A stretch of 53,703 nt of DNA from Chromera velia (taxonomy: Eukaryota). The first letter of the stretch is position 1. Each line of letters opens with the position of its first letter. The stretch lies in the NCBI GenBank assembly GCA_018398765.1, contig JAHBMJ010000236.1, positions 1 through 53,703 on the forward strand, written 5' to 3'. Of the stretch, positions 11,001 through 25,420 are shown piece by piece. The notes under the pieces were generated by a model that saw only the letters and a list, made by a program, of their open reading frames with translations, did no database searches and was not told the origin of the DNA. Both the position numbers and the translations under genes were made by a program.

Positions 11001-14000
11001 GTGAGTAAGAAGAAAGTAGCACATGTCCATTTGTCTTCTGTAGCTATGCAAGTAGGACTGCTCCTCCTACTTGAAAGAAAAGTAACAGTAGCTGCGCTTG
11101 TGGACATAGGGGCAGATGTCAGTTTGGTTAGCGAGGATACATGGGAACGACTAAAAATGGAAAACCCACAGTTGAAGGTCTTTCCTTCAGCCATCCAGAT
11201 TAAAATGGAAAGGGGGAAAGAATTGGAAACAAAGGGAGTAGTCCCATTGAAATTCTTTTTTAGTGAACAGCGTAAATAGCAATTTCATGTTTCTCCTGTA
11301 CTCAGTCATATGTGCATATTGGGAAAAGACTGGTTGGATACTGATGCTGAAGGAATCTTCTTTCAACGAGATAGGCTGAAATTGAGGAAAACGTTTGGAA
11401 AAGAAGCTTTCTCTCTTCCTCTCTCTCCCATTATGAAATTAGAAAAGTCCAAGCAGGTCTTTTCAGTTTTGGTGGCGACTCTCTCTTCGACTTTACTTAG
11501 TGAAAGACAAGCTTTTCCTCTCTATCTCTCCCTCCCTCCCGCCTGTGAGTCTCTGATACCTGATGGCGTAGATCTCTATGTTAAACCCACGCAGATAGAG
11601 TTGTCTGCAGGAATACTGGTTGCAAATACCATCAGCAAGGTGCATAACAAGAAAGTGTCTGTGATTGCTGTGAACACCACCTACTATGACTACACCCTTC
11701 CAGGCAGTCTGCCCGTTGCGTCCATGTCTATTTGTTCCGATCTCATTAAAAAGATTCGAAAAAGACATCAGATAAAGAAGCATCAATGGAGGCAAGGAAG
11801 AATTAAAAAGAAAAGGATGCGGAAAAAGAAAAGAAGGAGGAAGCAGAAGCAAAAAAACAAATAGAAGAAGCCGTAGAAAAGAATAGTCAGCTCAATAAAG
11901 AGCAAAAGGAGCAGCTGAGAAACCTACTCCTTAAGTACATAGAACTCTTCCCAGCAAAGGAACAGGCAGGCACCCTCAAGGGAATCGAGGTGGAGGTCGA
12001 CACACAGGGGGCTGATCCTGTTTTTCAAAAGCCTCGACCAATGCCCCACACCCTAAGGGAAGAAGTGAATGAAATTATTACCGACCTGCAGGCACAGGGA
12101 GTGATTGAACTATGTTCATCTGAGTGGGGGTCACCCCTGGTGATAGTAAAGAAACCAAATGGACGTCTTCGCGTATGTATTGATTTGAGAAAGATCAACT
12201 CTCTGATCAAAATCCCTTGCTATCCGCTCCCCAATATGGATGACCTGCTGCACAAATTGCAAGGCGAATGTTTTTTCACATTACTTGACTTAAAGGGGGG
12301 GTTTCATCAAGTGCTGGTCAAAAAAGAATACAGAGACAGACTGGCTTTTGTGACAGAAAGAGGAATGTATAGGTATACAAAGATGCCTTTTGGTTTGGCG
12401 TCTGCGCCTGCAGTCTTTCAGAGGGCAGTTGACACAATATTGGCAGGATTGATCGGATTGAGTGCGCAAGCATACATTGACGATGTTTTGATTTCTTCCA
12501 CTACATGGGAAAGGCATTTGATGGACTTGGAGGAAGTTCTTCTCAGGCTGAAAGATGCAGGGGCTCGTCTTGCTCCAGGAAAATGCGTGTTTGCTCGAAA
12601 TGAGTTGATCTATCTGGGGCATGAGGTATCAAGGGAAGACATCTGACCATCAAAGGAAAAAACGAAGTATGTGCAGGAAGTATAAGTGCAAAAAATCCCA
12701 AACAACTGAAGAGCTTTCTGGGGATGGTTGGCTTCTACAGAAAATTCGTGAAAAACTTCGCACCACTTTGCACAAATAGCTGCCCCCCTCTACACTTTGC
12801 TCAAATATGACACACCTTGGCAATGGCTAAGACCACAAAAAGTGGCTTTCCAGAAGCTAAAGGAGGCTCTCATGTAGGACGGTACCCTATCTTTATTCAC
12901 CCTGACTTCTCTCAACCATTCACTCTGAAAACAGACGTAAGTGGGGAGGCTCTGGGAGCGATCTTAGCATAAACAGACAAGGAAGGAAGAGAGAGAGTGA
13001 TTTAATATGCATCAAGAAAACTTACAGATACAGAGAAAAGATGGTTGGCTACCAAGCAAGAAGGTCTGGCTTTTGTTTGGGTGGTTACACAGCAATTCAA
13101 GAGTTTCTTGTATGGAAGGAAATTCTTCGCATACACAGATTGCCGAGCACTGCAGTACATTCAAAAATAAAAGGAAACCTCTCCTCGTCTGTTCAGATGG
13201 TCGCTCAAACTGGCCATTTATGACCATGAGATCAAGCATTGTGCAGGGAGAGCCAACAATGATATTGACTCTCTCACCAGGGCACCTTTTGTAAGCAAGG
13301 ATTTTCCACCCTCCATGCCAGACTAAGAGACAGATGACTCTATTGTAGTGGCAGCAGTCACAGAAAGAAAAGAAAAAACCGAAAAGGGGAAGGAAGAGCC
13401 CACCTTTAAAGCTCCGGAATCGTATTCCTCTGCAGAGATCAAGAAAGTACAGGCGGAAGATGTAGATCTCTCTTCTATAATTAAGTACTTACAGACTGAA
13501 GAGTTGGATGAGAGGCTCAGCAATAAAGAACAATTGACTATTCTTGCACAGGCACCTCTATACATACTGCATGAAGGAATTCTTCTTCGTCTTTTGCCTC
13601 CACTAAATCAACATGGGAAAGGCGTGCGTTTTCTTTTTACTGTACCAAAAAGCATGAGAGAAAAGATCTTTCATGAATACTATAAGGAGTATTTGAGTGG
13701 GCACTGCGGAATACACAGGTGCCTTCAGTCAATCTCACAGTACTATTACTGGCCCACACTCACCACTGACGTCAAATGGCACATCAAGACCTGCAGACAG
13801 TGCCAGCAAAGAAAGAAGAGAAAGCAGAAGAAAGATTTTCTCATCCAATCATTTACAGATGTGGAACCCATGTCGTCCTGGACTCTAGATGCCTGTGGTC
13901 CTTTTCCAGTCTCAGAGGAAGGATATCGTTTTTGCCTGACTTTCATAGACATACTATCGTCTCGTTACATTGAAGCTGTTGCCATAAAAGATCTGAGAGT

Positions 14001-14448
14001 GGAAACAATAGCACAAAAAATCATAGAGGTGCTACTTTATAGATACGGAAGACCAGTGTGGCTCTTGAGTGATCAAAGATCAAGCATGCTGGCACCAATC
14101 GTGCGGGCAGTGAATGATTTGGTAGGGACAGAAAGGGTCACAACGACAGCTTACCACCCTCAAACAAACGGAAGGCTTGAAAGGATGCACGCAAATTTGA
14201 AAAGGGTCTTGAGCTTGTACGCAGAACAAAACCACAAAAATTGGTTATCCTTTGTTCCTTTCGCTGTCTTTTCTCACAATTCCACCATTCACACAGCCAC
14301 AGGAATATCGCCATTTCATGTTCTGTACGGGAGAGAACCTCTGTATCTATTACGCTACCTTATTACCCTGGAAAAAGCGGGAGGACCAGTTTTTCCTCCC
14401 AACTACGTTGAGCAGCTGAGTGACAAACTTAAATCTTTGTTTTTTTAA
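11001..14448 (+). pseudogene. pol: Gypsy pol: protease, RT, RNase H and integrase, with stops and frameshifts
   Basis: ALVDIGADVSLVS (protease); RVCIDLRKIN, LDLKGGFHQV, MPFGLASAPAVFQ, YIDD (RT, 11990-12646); TDVSG, YAS (RNase H); GHCG..CRQCQ, SDQRSS, YHPQTNGRLER (integrase, 13348-14448). Confidence 0.95.
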
Positions 14449-15379
14449 AAAAAATTATATATTAATTTTGTCCTCTTAGGTAGTATCCGTATCGAGTTGC
14501 GGATACTTCAAGTATTCGACAAAGGAGTATATCTGCGTTAAATCTAATATTGAACCTATTAAATTCAATAAATTTGAATAAAACTCTAGATAAAACTCGA
14601 ATAAAATTAAGACTGCATAGACGAAAAAAAAAATATGTAATTTGAAATCTAGTTTCAAATTATGTATACCAACATTTTTGCATATATGTATATGTTTTTA
14701 TTTATGTATACAAATTCCTAGTGATGCTCTGATAGATCAAAGGGGGCATACACTGCCAGTGAAGCTTATGAAACTAGAAGGCACGGCACGACCGCCACGG
14801 TATTATAAAAACGAGCTATAGATAAAGTGGTGTCCGAGTCATGATCAACATCGCAACACTTTGGTTCCTCATGGTTTCTCGTTTTCCTAGTCGTTTTCCG
14901 ATATCAGTTTCTCAAATAGATTGAAAGTTAAAACCCTACTTGAAGATGCATGCCAAAAACATTCAGGACCTGGCGTGCCGCAGGCGTTGTGATTTTTTTT
15001 GTACGGGCGTGCACTAGCAAAGAGGCCAGCCAGCGCCCAGCAGAATGGAGAGGAACTGTCATCCCCCGGTGAGTCGAGGGCGTGCCAGTTTCATTCCTTC
15101 CTTCGAACGAAAAACGAAAAAAGATCACATCCAAATTTCCCTCTACATGAAAGTACTTAATTCCAACGAGACAAGAGCGGAGAGTGGGCCATAGCACAGT
15201 CACCCCTGCTTGCCTGCCTCTTTTCTCTGCCCCCGATTCCCCTCCCCTGCCTCTCTGCTACGTCACAACGGCGTGCACAGTGGTCACAGTGGCAGGCAGA
15301 AGGCCGCTCAAATACAGTCGGGGCGTCATGATGAATTAGTTCCTTGCATTCTGAATTAGAGTTTTCTGCTGAATTCGTG

Positions 15380-17222
15380 TCACGTGTTGCCCGCTGCTTT
15401 TTGCTTGCTACTGATCGCCATCGAGAGCCGCCTGCTGAGCGTCGCTTTGGTCTTCTGAAGTTCGTCTCGCTCTGACTGCACACACGCACGCACACACCAC
15501 ACGCATGCAGAGTGAATGGAGAAAGAAAGAGAAGAATCAAATCATAGAAAGAAAAGTAAGTCCTGCGTGGATGAAACCAGTCAGGCAACAGGAGACTCTT
15601 CTCTGAGTATCCCCACATGCAGAAATCAGCGTGTCCTTCCGTCTGGGTGTCTGTCTGATGGAGCGAACGAGTAACGAAACAAGGGAAGGGGGGAGGGAGT
15701 TCTCCCAGAGACAGCTAGGCATTGCGCCGCTGCAGAGAGGGCCGGGATCATCACGCGCTCCGATCCCTCATTGAATGCAACGAAGGAAGAGAGAGGAGTT
15801 CGGGGAAAGCAAAGAGGGCGTGACCAGGCGACACACGGTTTCGTACAAAGGGGTGTCGCTGACCTGTTTCTGTCCACACAAGTTAAGAGACAATCAAGGA
15901 GAAGCAGGGAGAGAGAGCAACACTTTCCTAAAATTAATGAGGAAAAATACGGGATAGTAATCTGGTGACAAAGAAAGAAAGGAATGCAACAACAGGAGGA
16001 AAGAGGAGAAAGGAAAAAAGAGACATACACATTCTGACCTTGACAGTCTCTAGTTCCTGTTCCACCTCTGAGATCTTCTTCACAAGTTCCTCCATTCCCT
16101 TCCTCGTCTGGTCACTGTTGCCGCTCGTCGCAAGGCTTGATCGAAGATCCTCGATCGTCCTCTGCATTCGAATATCCATCCATCCATCCATTCATCCATC
16201 ATGCATTCATTCATTCATTTATCCATTGATGAGACACAACTCGGGGGCGTGCCAGTCATTGTTTACACATCAATGCTCCAGGCAGATGCGCACATGGTCA
16301 CGCAAGAAATACAAAGATTAGGGCAAAAAGACGGACAGATACAAAGAGGGAGAGAACACGGGCAAGGCCGAGGAGAACAGAAGAAACCAGTCAAGGTCAT
16401 ATGCGCTCTGTGGGCAGGATACCGATTTGACGTGTTGCCCACAAAAAACAGAGGAGGATCACAGAAAGAGATCGAGAGCAAGCAAGCAAGCGAGAGAGAG
16501 GCGTGGACATAGAGAGAGAAACGAACCTTGAACCCCTCCTCGTTGTCCGCGTTGACCTTCTCCACCCGCACCTTCTCGTTCATCAACCTGCACGGTTGGA
16601 AAGCACCTTTGGCATTTTTTCATTGTTTTCTGCATACTTCCTGGTTTTCTCTGTATATCTACCACTGTTTTTATTTTCGTTCTCAACTCTTCTGGTCAAT
16701 CAACCGGCATGGACAACCGAGAGCAGAAGAGACAGGCGTGTGAGACCGGACAGCAGGATGCGTCCTCTTGTCCTTCAGTCTCAGATACGGAAGGACTCAC
16801 ACCCAGGAAGTCCGAACAAGAGGAAAGGTGGCAAGCAAGGGTGAAGGAAGGAAAAGCAGAAAGAAGATAACACGTTTACGATGGACACAGAGACAGAGAC
16901 AAAAAACAGACGAAACACACGGGCGCGTGAGGGTGAGGATATCATTTCTTTCTCCGTTTTGCACAGGAAGGAGAGGTGCTTTCCGTATGCTTTCTGTGAT
17001 GGACCAGCCTGCCCAAACTGATTTTTTGACACAACGACCCACCGGTCGTTCTGCTGCTTCACGTGGAAGAGTTGTTTCTCCATCGTGCTGATCGTCTCCT
17101 TCATGTCTGCATTCATTTATTCATTCATTCATTTGAAGAAAGGGAGAAGGAGAAAAGAGGGAGGGAGGAAGGGGATCAATCGACCAGCAGATCAGATCAC
17201 TCAATCCATCTCTCGGCAAAGA

Positions 17223-17267
<45 letters not shown>

Positions 17268-18444
17268 ACCACGACGCAGGACGCGCACTGCCAGATGGAG
17301 AAAGAACAAACGTGAGAACAAGAGAGAAGCAGAGAGGAGACTCCGCCGCTCACCCTTCGCAAGCTCCTGCGCCTTCTTCCCCTCCCTCTGCTTTCCTGCG
17401 CGCTCCTTCTCAGCTTCTGTTCGCAGCTCTCTCAGGCTTGCTTCCTGCAGACAGGCAGGCAGCAAAGTAGACAGATGAAGTACGGTGGGAGGGAAGTTCA
17501 ACACACACAAAGAGGAGACAGTGTTCGAAAGGGACAGAAGACGCGAAGCAGATGGGAAAAAGGGAACGAGTGGAAGGAACACGGCAGAGAGAAACCAAGG
17601 ATCGGTTTTTAGATCGAAAAGAGACGATGATCTTGTTCTGTCTGCATGCTGATCTCCGTTTTATCCGTTTCTCTCTTTTGAGCCACACGGGGGCGAGAGC
17701 GGAAGGGCCCCCTTTTCCTTCCCGTTGCTTTCCGTCCTGCTTCGACTTATTGACTTTCGAGTGTCTGACTGAACCCCTGGCTACGGATCGACTGACATTC
17801 TTGAGGCGCTCCGTCTCCCACGTGTTCTTCTCTCTCTCTGCCTCTTCCTGCACCTGCACACGCGCACCACGAACACACAGCCGATCAGTGCGGCAGTCAC
17901 TGTTTATGACACCAAAAAGAAGAAAGAACCTCATGGGACAGCGGCAGAAGAACAGAGGCAGGCAGGCCGGCTTGACGATACATAAACAGCTGCCCAGAAA
18001 GCGGAAAGAAAACAAAAGCATCAAGACAAGATCAAAGCATGCACCCTAGCCACAAGCATCTGTGCACTGTCACTGGAGCTCACAAGCATCTGTGCGCTAG
18101 CTCACCTCTGTCAGCCGTCGTTTCAGTTGTTCAATCTCGACAAGCTGCACAGAGAAGGGGGGGAAAAGAAACAAAAAAGTCGACGAAGGAATGAAAGAAG
18201 GCAGAAAGACTCAAATAGAGAAAGAGACAGAAAGAAAGAGACAAACAAGCAAGTGAATATGAAAAGAAGACGGCGAACCAAACAAGAAAACAGAGAGAAA
18301 AAAAAAAAAAACGCTTGGGTCACTTCAACTGGGCGCAAAAAGACGAAAACCAATCCGCTTCTACCGACCGAATTACCCAAAGAGAAATGAAACCGACAGC
18401 AGGCAGGAAAACATACTTTCTGTCGGCTGAATAGTGCAGCGCTC

Positions 18445-18479
<35 letters not shown>

Positions 18480-21400
18480 ACTCTCTCTGTGAAAAGAACA
18501 ATAGAGTGTGGATGCATGTGATGACAACAGAAAGGAAGCAAAGCAGGGCAGACACAGAGAGACCTACGCCCAAACCATCTCACTACACGTAAAGCCGCAG
18601 AAGCTGCTGCAAAAGCAAGCATACCTTCTTTTTCACTTGCCCTGCCGCTTCCTCCACCGCCTTTGCGGCCCTCGCCTCTGCTTCTCGGAGGGACTGCTCA
18701 CTCTCTCGGAGACGGGTCTGCAGGGAAGGATCTCACAAGAGACGGATAAACAGAATGATACAATACAGAAACAGACACACATAAGCTTACATCAAAGCTT
18801 AAGCCCGATCGTTCGGGCCCACGGGCATGGGTGAGTACTCAGATAGAGAGAGTAAGCCTGTCCGCCCGCACTCGAGGGCGTCGCAAGGCAGTGGAAAGGC
18901 GAAAGAGGAAGGGTGCGCAGAAATGCAATCACTTTTACAGACAAAGAGGACCACACACATATACACCCACCCACCTGCAGCCTTTGACTCTCTGTGTTCG
19001 CCTCCTTTTCTCCCTTCCGAGCTGCTGCCTGCAAGGAAGGTCCCAAAAAGATCAAAAGCCCAGGGAGCAGAATCACATGCAGTACGTTGACGCAATTCGG
19101 CGGAGTTCAGGAGCCACAGAGAGGGGGGCCTGAGTGATCAAGAGAAAACGAAAAGCTTCATAACCCGAATGCAGACAGTTCTGGGCTCTCTCTGCGTCAA
19201 AAGAAAAGAAATCAAGACTGAGACAGACTCCGGAAGAGGCCCTCGGATGTCTGTGGATGTTGGGACACGGCGGACAGGCACGAACATGAATTCAAGTGCT
19301 TCACTTCTCTTGCCAAACGAGAAAACGAGAAAGACGAGACAAACTGACCACCTGCAACCGCAGCTTTTCCCTCTCCGTCTGCACCTGTGCGAGTGCTGCG
19401 GAGGGCGCCTGTGCGGCTGCTCCCACCTCTGCGCTCAGTCTGAATGCCTCTCTGGATGCCGCAGCTGCTCTCTCCGTCTCTTGTTGAAGACGGATGCTCA
19501 GGGCGTCTCTCTCGTTCTTCACAGCCTCCAGTTCACCCTGCATACACATGGTCAGAGACAGACAGACAGACAGACAGAGTGAATTCAGAACTTTGGGGCA
19601 CAAGAGAAAGGCCTGAACATTGAGAGAAAGGAAGCACACAGAGACGAACCAAGGAAGAAAAAGAAGAAAACGACACAGAGACTTGCACACTAATAGAGCA
19701 CCCTCCCTCTTTCCTTCCAGTATTACCATGACGGGAAAGGCCCATGTCTGTCCAGGAAAGCATGCGAATCCTGGGACTTGACTTTCCCCAGCCAATTGTT
19801 CCACACAATCTGCGCCGGTGTCTTTTTTTCCCTCTCTTTTCAATGAACTCTTGATGCGAGTCTGTCTGCTTCGCTTGTTTGACACTCTGTTCATCTCAAC
19901 GAGCACTGACCTGTTGTTTCTTTGAGAGCTCGTAGAGTTCTGCCACCTGTGCGCACTGCTGACGGGCGGCCGAGAGAGCGCTTGTAGCCTGAGGAGCGAT
20001 CATGGAGTTTGAGCAAAGCCGAGGAAGGGATAAGAAGAGGAACAAAAAAGTGAAATAGCCAGACATCAGATAGGCGGAGAAGAATACACACGCAACGGAA
20101 CATGGGAGAGAAACGGGAGACACGAAAAGCTTTAAAACGAGAGAAGGAGCGTGCGTCGACTCATGCGAGTTGAATGAGAACAGAGACGGATTTGCTTGTC
20201 TCTTTTCACTTCACTCCTCTGCCTGACCTTTTCCCTCTCCACTTCCACTCTTGCGGCTTCTTCTCGCACCCGTGCGAGCTCTGCCCTCAGTCTCTCTGCC
20301 TCAGCCTCGGCCTCCCTCGCCTGTCGCTGCTGCGCCTGATTGCCCCCCCCCGCCCCACTGCCCCCAGTGCCGTTGCTGTGAATGGCCATCGTGAGGGACC
20401 CGGCCATTGCCGTGCCCATTCGGTCCATCACGTCACGGTGCCCCACCCCGCCCCTCGAGGTTGCCTGGGAGGGGTACGGCATCTGCATTCATTCATTCAA
20501 GCAGCATCTTCGGGCATGTTGTGGGTATGAGTGCTTATGAAGCGAAGTACTTATCTTTTACTCATGCTTGAGCTGAGAAGTGTCGGCTTGCCCTGATGAA
20601 TACAAACACATATACAGAAGGGAGAAGGACAGTGCAGCTTCCGTGTGCGAAGTGGAGTGTTCATCCGTTCATGAAAGAAAAGAAAAGGACCAACGGTTGG
20701 AAAGGGCTGGTGGGAAGACACAAAAAAGGACGGCATGCAGGAAAGGAAGCCCCGCTCGCAGTGCCTCCCTCACTAACTTACATAGAGCGGTTTGCCTCCT
20801 TCTCCCTCGTCTCCCACGACGCTCTCGTCTCCCTCCTGCGTGCTCTCTCTGCTGTTGATTCCGTTCGTCACGCTCGAGCTCGCTGCAACATAGGTAGACA
20901 AGAAAGCAGAAAAGAAAGAAAGGAATTTGGACCTCTCTTCGGACAGCACTTTCGGAGGACGGGGCATGCCGAGTGATCACTTCTTTCTTTCTTTCTTTCT
21001 TTTCTTTCTTTCTTTCTTTCTTTTCTTTCTTTTCTTTTCTTTTCTTTTCTTTCTTTCTTTCTTTCTTTCTGTGGTTTAAACATGGACACGGAAAAATACA
21101 GACGAATAGGAAATTGCAGAGACGGGAATGCAGAAAACAGAAAAAAACGAATGAGCTGGAGACGATATGAATCTTCCTAGGAATCTTCAGCACTGACCGT
21201 TTTTGGTTGACTCCAGTTCTTCTTTGTAAATGTCAATGGTTTGCTGAAGGAAGGAAGGAAGGCACACAGATGCGAGCAGGGCGTTGGATTATGTGACCTT
21301 GCAGTTTTGCTCACGCAGAGAGAGAGGGCTTTGGGTTGTGGTGGCGGCGTATCGCCATTTTTGAACGCACGCTCTTTTGCGTCTTTGTGTGTGACTTTTC

Positions 21401-24400
21401 TTTTTGCTTTCCAGGACGAGTGGCAGACCTACAGATCCTCCCATCCACTCAGAAAAGCAGACTGGCTTTTCGTCTCGGGTTCTCGAGAAAGTGAGAGCTC
21501 CACTTGGAATGAAGTGAACAAATCATACAGATGCACAGACAGAGAGCATGAAGGAAGCATTGGGGCAGGCAGATCCTCAAAGGAGCGACCAACCTGCAGA
21601 GAAACTTTCTCCAACACCTGCTCCTCCACTGCCTCGCGCTGTCTGCACACACAAACAGAAGAAGGTGAAACAGAAGGACAGACAGACATTGCCGAACCAT
21701 GAAAGCGCTTCAAGCTGGACACGAACTTTGTTCCGGTGAGGATCGACAAAACACACTTTTCGGGCTTCTTCGTCCACTTCTTCTCCAAACGCCCTCCCCC
21801 CCCCTCGCCCCCGGCACAGAAGGTGGGCAGAGAGGGAGGACGGAAGGAGGGAAGAAGTTAAAGACGAACAATAGAAACTGCCTCAAGACCCTGCCACACT
21901 GTCCTCACTCACTCACTCACACACGCACACACACGCACACACACACACACAGAGAGAGAGAAGAGGGGGTGCGGGGGGCAGAAAAAAACCGAAAAGGAAG
22001 ATAGCATATGAAGCAAAAAAGAAGAAGGAAAACAAAAACGCCGAAAGACTCACTTCTCAAGTTCCCTCTCGACTGCCGCCAACTCCTCCCGCATTGCTGC
22101 CCGTTGCTGCAGAGGCGGAATGAAGAAACGGATAGAGGGAATGAGGGAGGCCAGAAAAGTGACTGTGCGGTGACCTCACACAGATATTTGCGTGCAGGAA
22201 GCCAGCCAAAGCAAGCAGGCAGAAAAAAGAAAAGACGGGCCCGGCCTGCAGGACAGGAGGATGAAAGCTGCACAGGAGTGGAAGTGGGAGGGGGGGCATG
22301 AAGTGGTGGGGGAAAAAGGAGGGCGATGATGGCAGGGCAGAGGGGGAAGGGAAGAAGAGCTCTGACCATCTCTCTCCTTTCCCCGTTTGCTTGCTTTTCC
22401 CTTCCGCCGCCTGCACACAGAACCGACCGCTGCGTCCATTGCTCTCTCGAGTTTCTCCTCCATCGACCGTCTCGACTGTACCACCCGGAGAGACCTCTCG
22501 TCCTGCAGGCAGCAGTCAGATTCAGAAGGGAAAAGTGCTCTTCTGACCATCCTCCGCACCCCTAACATGAACCATCAGTTGGTCCGTCGGTTGGCTTGCC
22601 ATGGACCCTCGTGGTGCAGTTTGGAGTGTCTCCTTAGAAGGGCCCATCGTTCAAATTTGAGGAAATACTACAGAGAGATGGAATTCCTGCCGCTTGTATT
22701 GCAGAGACTTCATTCAACAAAGCGCCTTCAGAGCGATAGAGAGAAGGGGAAAATAGACAAAGAGATAGCAAAGAAAGCCCAAAATGAAACGCTCAAATTG
22801 CTCACAACAGCTTCACAACGCTCAGACAGGGGAGACCGAAAAGAGAGGCACGTATGCAAGCAAGCGAACAGCCAGAGGTCCCCCCTCTGTGTATCCCCTC
22901 CCCCCACCGGTCGCTTTGCCCTCTCGGTCGCTTCTGCTTCTAGAGTCCTCAGAAACAGCAACGCCTCGTCGCGGTCACTCTCCAGCCCCCCCCCCGGCTG
23001 CTGCGTCTGTTGAGTTGCTTTCTTGTGGTTGTGCATGGGGAACTCAAGGCGAAGAGACTGCAGGGACGCGCCCTGGCCCCTGCACGACTCTGCAGGCAGA
23101 CTGAGCTCCACGTTCTGAACGTCGTAGGGTGAGGCGTCGATCGAGAATGCGTCGGTGCCGAGAGAGATTTCAATCAGCTCCGGGGCAGAGGCCGCAACCG
23201 GCGGGACCGGCGCGGACTCTGCAGAGAGAGGAGCAACGAAAGGGGGGGGTGGAGTGGGCTGAAATGAAAAGAAAAGTAGAGAAGAGAAGCGATGCTTTCA
23301 AAAAAAAAAAAGTAAGAAAGTGCCCGTGGTCTCCTGTAAGCGTCTTGTGTGTGTGATTATCTATGTGTGTGTCCATGTGTTTGTGTTTTCTTTCTGCTTT
23401 CTTCGACCCAGTCATCGGATTTGTTTCTCGGCTGTTCTTACTGACCATTAGAGGAGTTTCTGTAATGAGTCCTGTCTAGTTTTCTCAGTCTCAAGGTCTC
23501 CCTCTCCCTCTCCCCCCCCTGGAGAGACGAAGAAAGCGACCCGGGGGGGTGAGTGCTTAGAGAGAGCGTGTAGGGAACTTTGGCCATTGGAGTCCCTGTC
23601 TGGCTGTGCGCCAGGGATCCGCCAGACGAGGGGAAGAGAGCGTAGCACTCGAAAGTCCGACACTGTCGTTCTGCAAATTGTCGTCATGGGGGTGGGCAAG
23701 AGGCAAATGGACACACAAAGACACGCACGCGCAAACACCCAAACACAGTCAGAGACAAACGAGCAGACCTGACGGCCGTATGCCGTATGCCCACACTGCA
23801 TCGGTAGGCAGGCCGCCATTGAGGGGCAAATCGGATCTTTTGCTATTGCCGACGACAAAATGATGAGGGAATGGAGGGAGAAAGGCAGGGAGGGAAAGGG
23901 AAAAAGGCAAAGACGAACAGCCCACTGATGGACCCACCCACCAATATTTCTCCGCAGTTGTTCCACTGAACCCACTGTCGGCTTGATGGGACCGACAGAT
24001 GCGACAGCAGTGCCTGCATGGAAGGAAGACAACCAAAGGGACAATAAAATAAGGGCAACAAAGGGGATGACAGAAGGAAGAGGCAACTGTTGGGAAGGGG
24101 CACATCAGGCAATGTTGAAAAGGACATATCATGCCGTGTCCTCTCCTCTCCTCTCAGCCTTTTTGTCTCCCTTCGTCTTGTCCGAATGACCCCCCCCCCC
24201 ACACACACACACCTTTGAGTGAGGGATCGGATCCATCAGGGACTGCCTTCACTTCAATTTTGGAGTCAAAGTCATCAGCACTCAGGTGGTAGGTCCTGCA
24301 GGGAAGGTATACCGACAAGTCTTCATGAGTCAACTCATCCCTGTTCTTTTCTGATCCCCCCTTCTCTACTCTTGGAGAGTAACCTCAAGCAAGAGAGACC

Positions 24401-25006
24401 GCCTACGGAATGGGGCTTGCTTGACAGACTCAAAACTCCAGCGGATAAACCTCTCTCTTATTCGGAGAGACGGATCCAAAAACAGGACTCAGAGATAACG
24501 AGAGAACAAAAGACCACTGGACCGTTATTCATCCCAGCAAGAAAAAACTGGTCAGCAGCATCCCGACGATGAGGATAGAACAGAATTTGCACCCTGGAGA
24601 CGGTCATAAACGCTCAAAAAGGAGGACCGCGAAGGAGACTGCTAGAGCAACACCCAGAAGGCAAAAGAAAATGTCAGACTGAGGAAGACCCCAGCGAAGA
24701 AGCCGCTGACTAAGAGACTGACAGGCAATTCGATCCTGCTCTAGTGATTCGTGTGCGTTGGCCTCTTCGCACTCTGTACCATTTGTAGGCAACCATACAG
24801 GCACTCTGGCCAGTGTACTCTTCCGGCACAGCACAGGCGTGCACTACTCCTGCTTCCTTGTGCAGCTCTAATGTCAGCTCGAAGTTGCAGTCAGGCGATT
24901 GAAGAACAGTGGCCTCTCCCACGACCTTCACTTCCTCCTGGCCATGCTTCTGGAGCTGTGAGGAGATCCATTCACCTCCCATGCGAAGAAGTCCGGGGAC
25001 CGACAT
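15380..25006 (-). CDS. Multi-exon protein with an N-terminal AIR9/A9-type Ig-like domain and a long coiled coil
   Basis: ATG 25006 (CCCAAAATG). Exons 24723-25006, 24213-24295 and ~23940-24013 splice in phase to YKWYRVRRGQRTRITRAGSNCLTYHLSADDFDSKIEVKAVPDGSDPSLKGTAVASVGPI. Many heptad-rich exons follow (e.g. GELEAVKNERDALSIRLQQETER). Last exon SERDELQKTKATLSRRLSMAISSKQKAAGNT ends at the stop at 15380-15382. Confidence 0.75.
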
Positions 25007-25249
25007 TTTGGGCTCTCGATCAATCTCAGTTGACGTCTCTTCCTCTGCATGCAAGCCCTTTGTACTGGCGTTACTGCCTGTTTACGCACTACCTCTCCCA
25101 GAAACAAAGAGACAAGACAGACTGCTGCACAGATGTAGAAATCGCACTGTGCACTGAAATGAATCAACGCGGGAGAATGCAAGAAATGCGAGAAATGAAG
25201 CAAAGATCTGACGGACAGAATTTTGCGCTTAATTCAGCTGCCACGGCGG

Positions 25250-25420
25250 AAAGCATGCAGGTGTCGCGTCGCGCGGCCCCACCTCGCGCGAGGCCGGGCG
25301 GGCCCGCGCGCGCGGCTCTGCACCAGCTGGCTGACGCCAGGCCGAGCCCGGCTCCATATATTGAAAAATCGATTCGTCGATCGATCCGATCGACGTCGAT
25401 CGACGCTTTCCTGCATGGTG
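25250..25420. promoter_or_regulatory. Putative bidirectional promoter: GC-rich tract plus GATC/TCGA cluster
   Basis: Lies between divergent starts at 25006 (-) and 25664 (+); contains ATCGATTCGTCGATCGATCCGATCGACGTCGATCGA. Confidence 0.45.

Larger units (their letters stand above)
7137..14448 (+). mobile_element. Decayed Ty3/gypsy LTR retrotransposon internal region, 3'-truncated, no LTR pair found
   Basis: Domain order gag-PR-RT-RH-IN. Possible PBS TGGTGACACCG at 7137-7147. Sequence stops abruptly in an AT-rich tract after the integrase. Confidence 0.9.
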
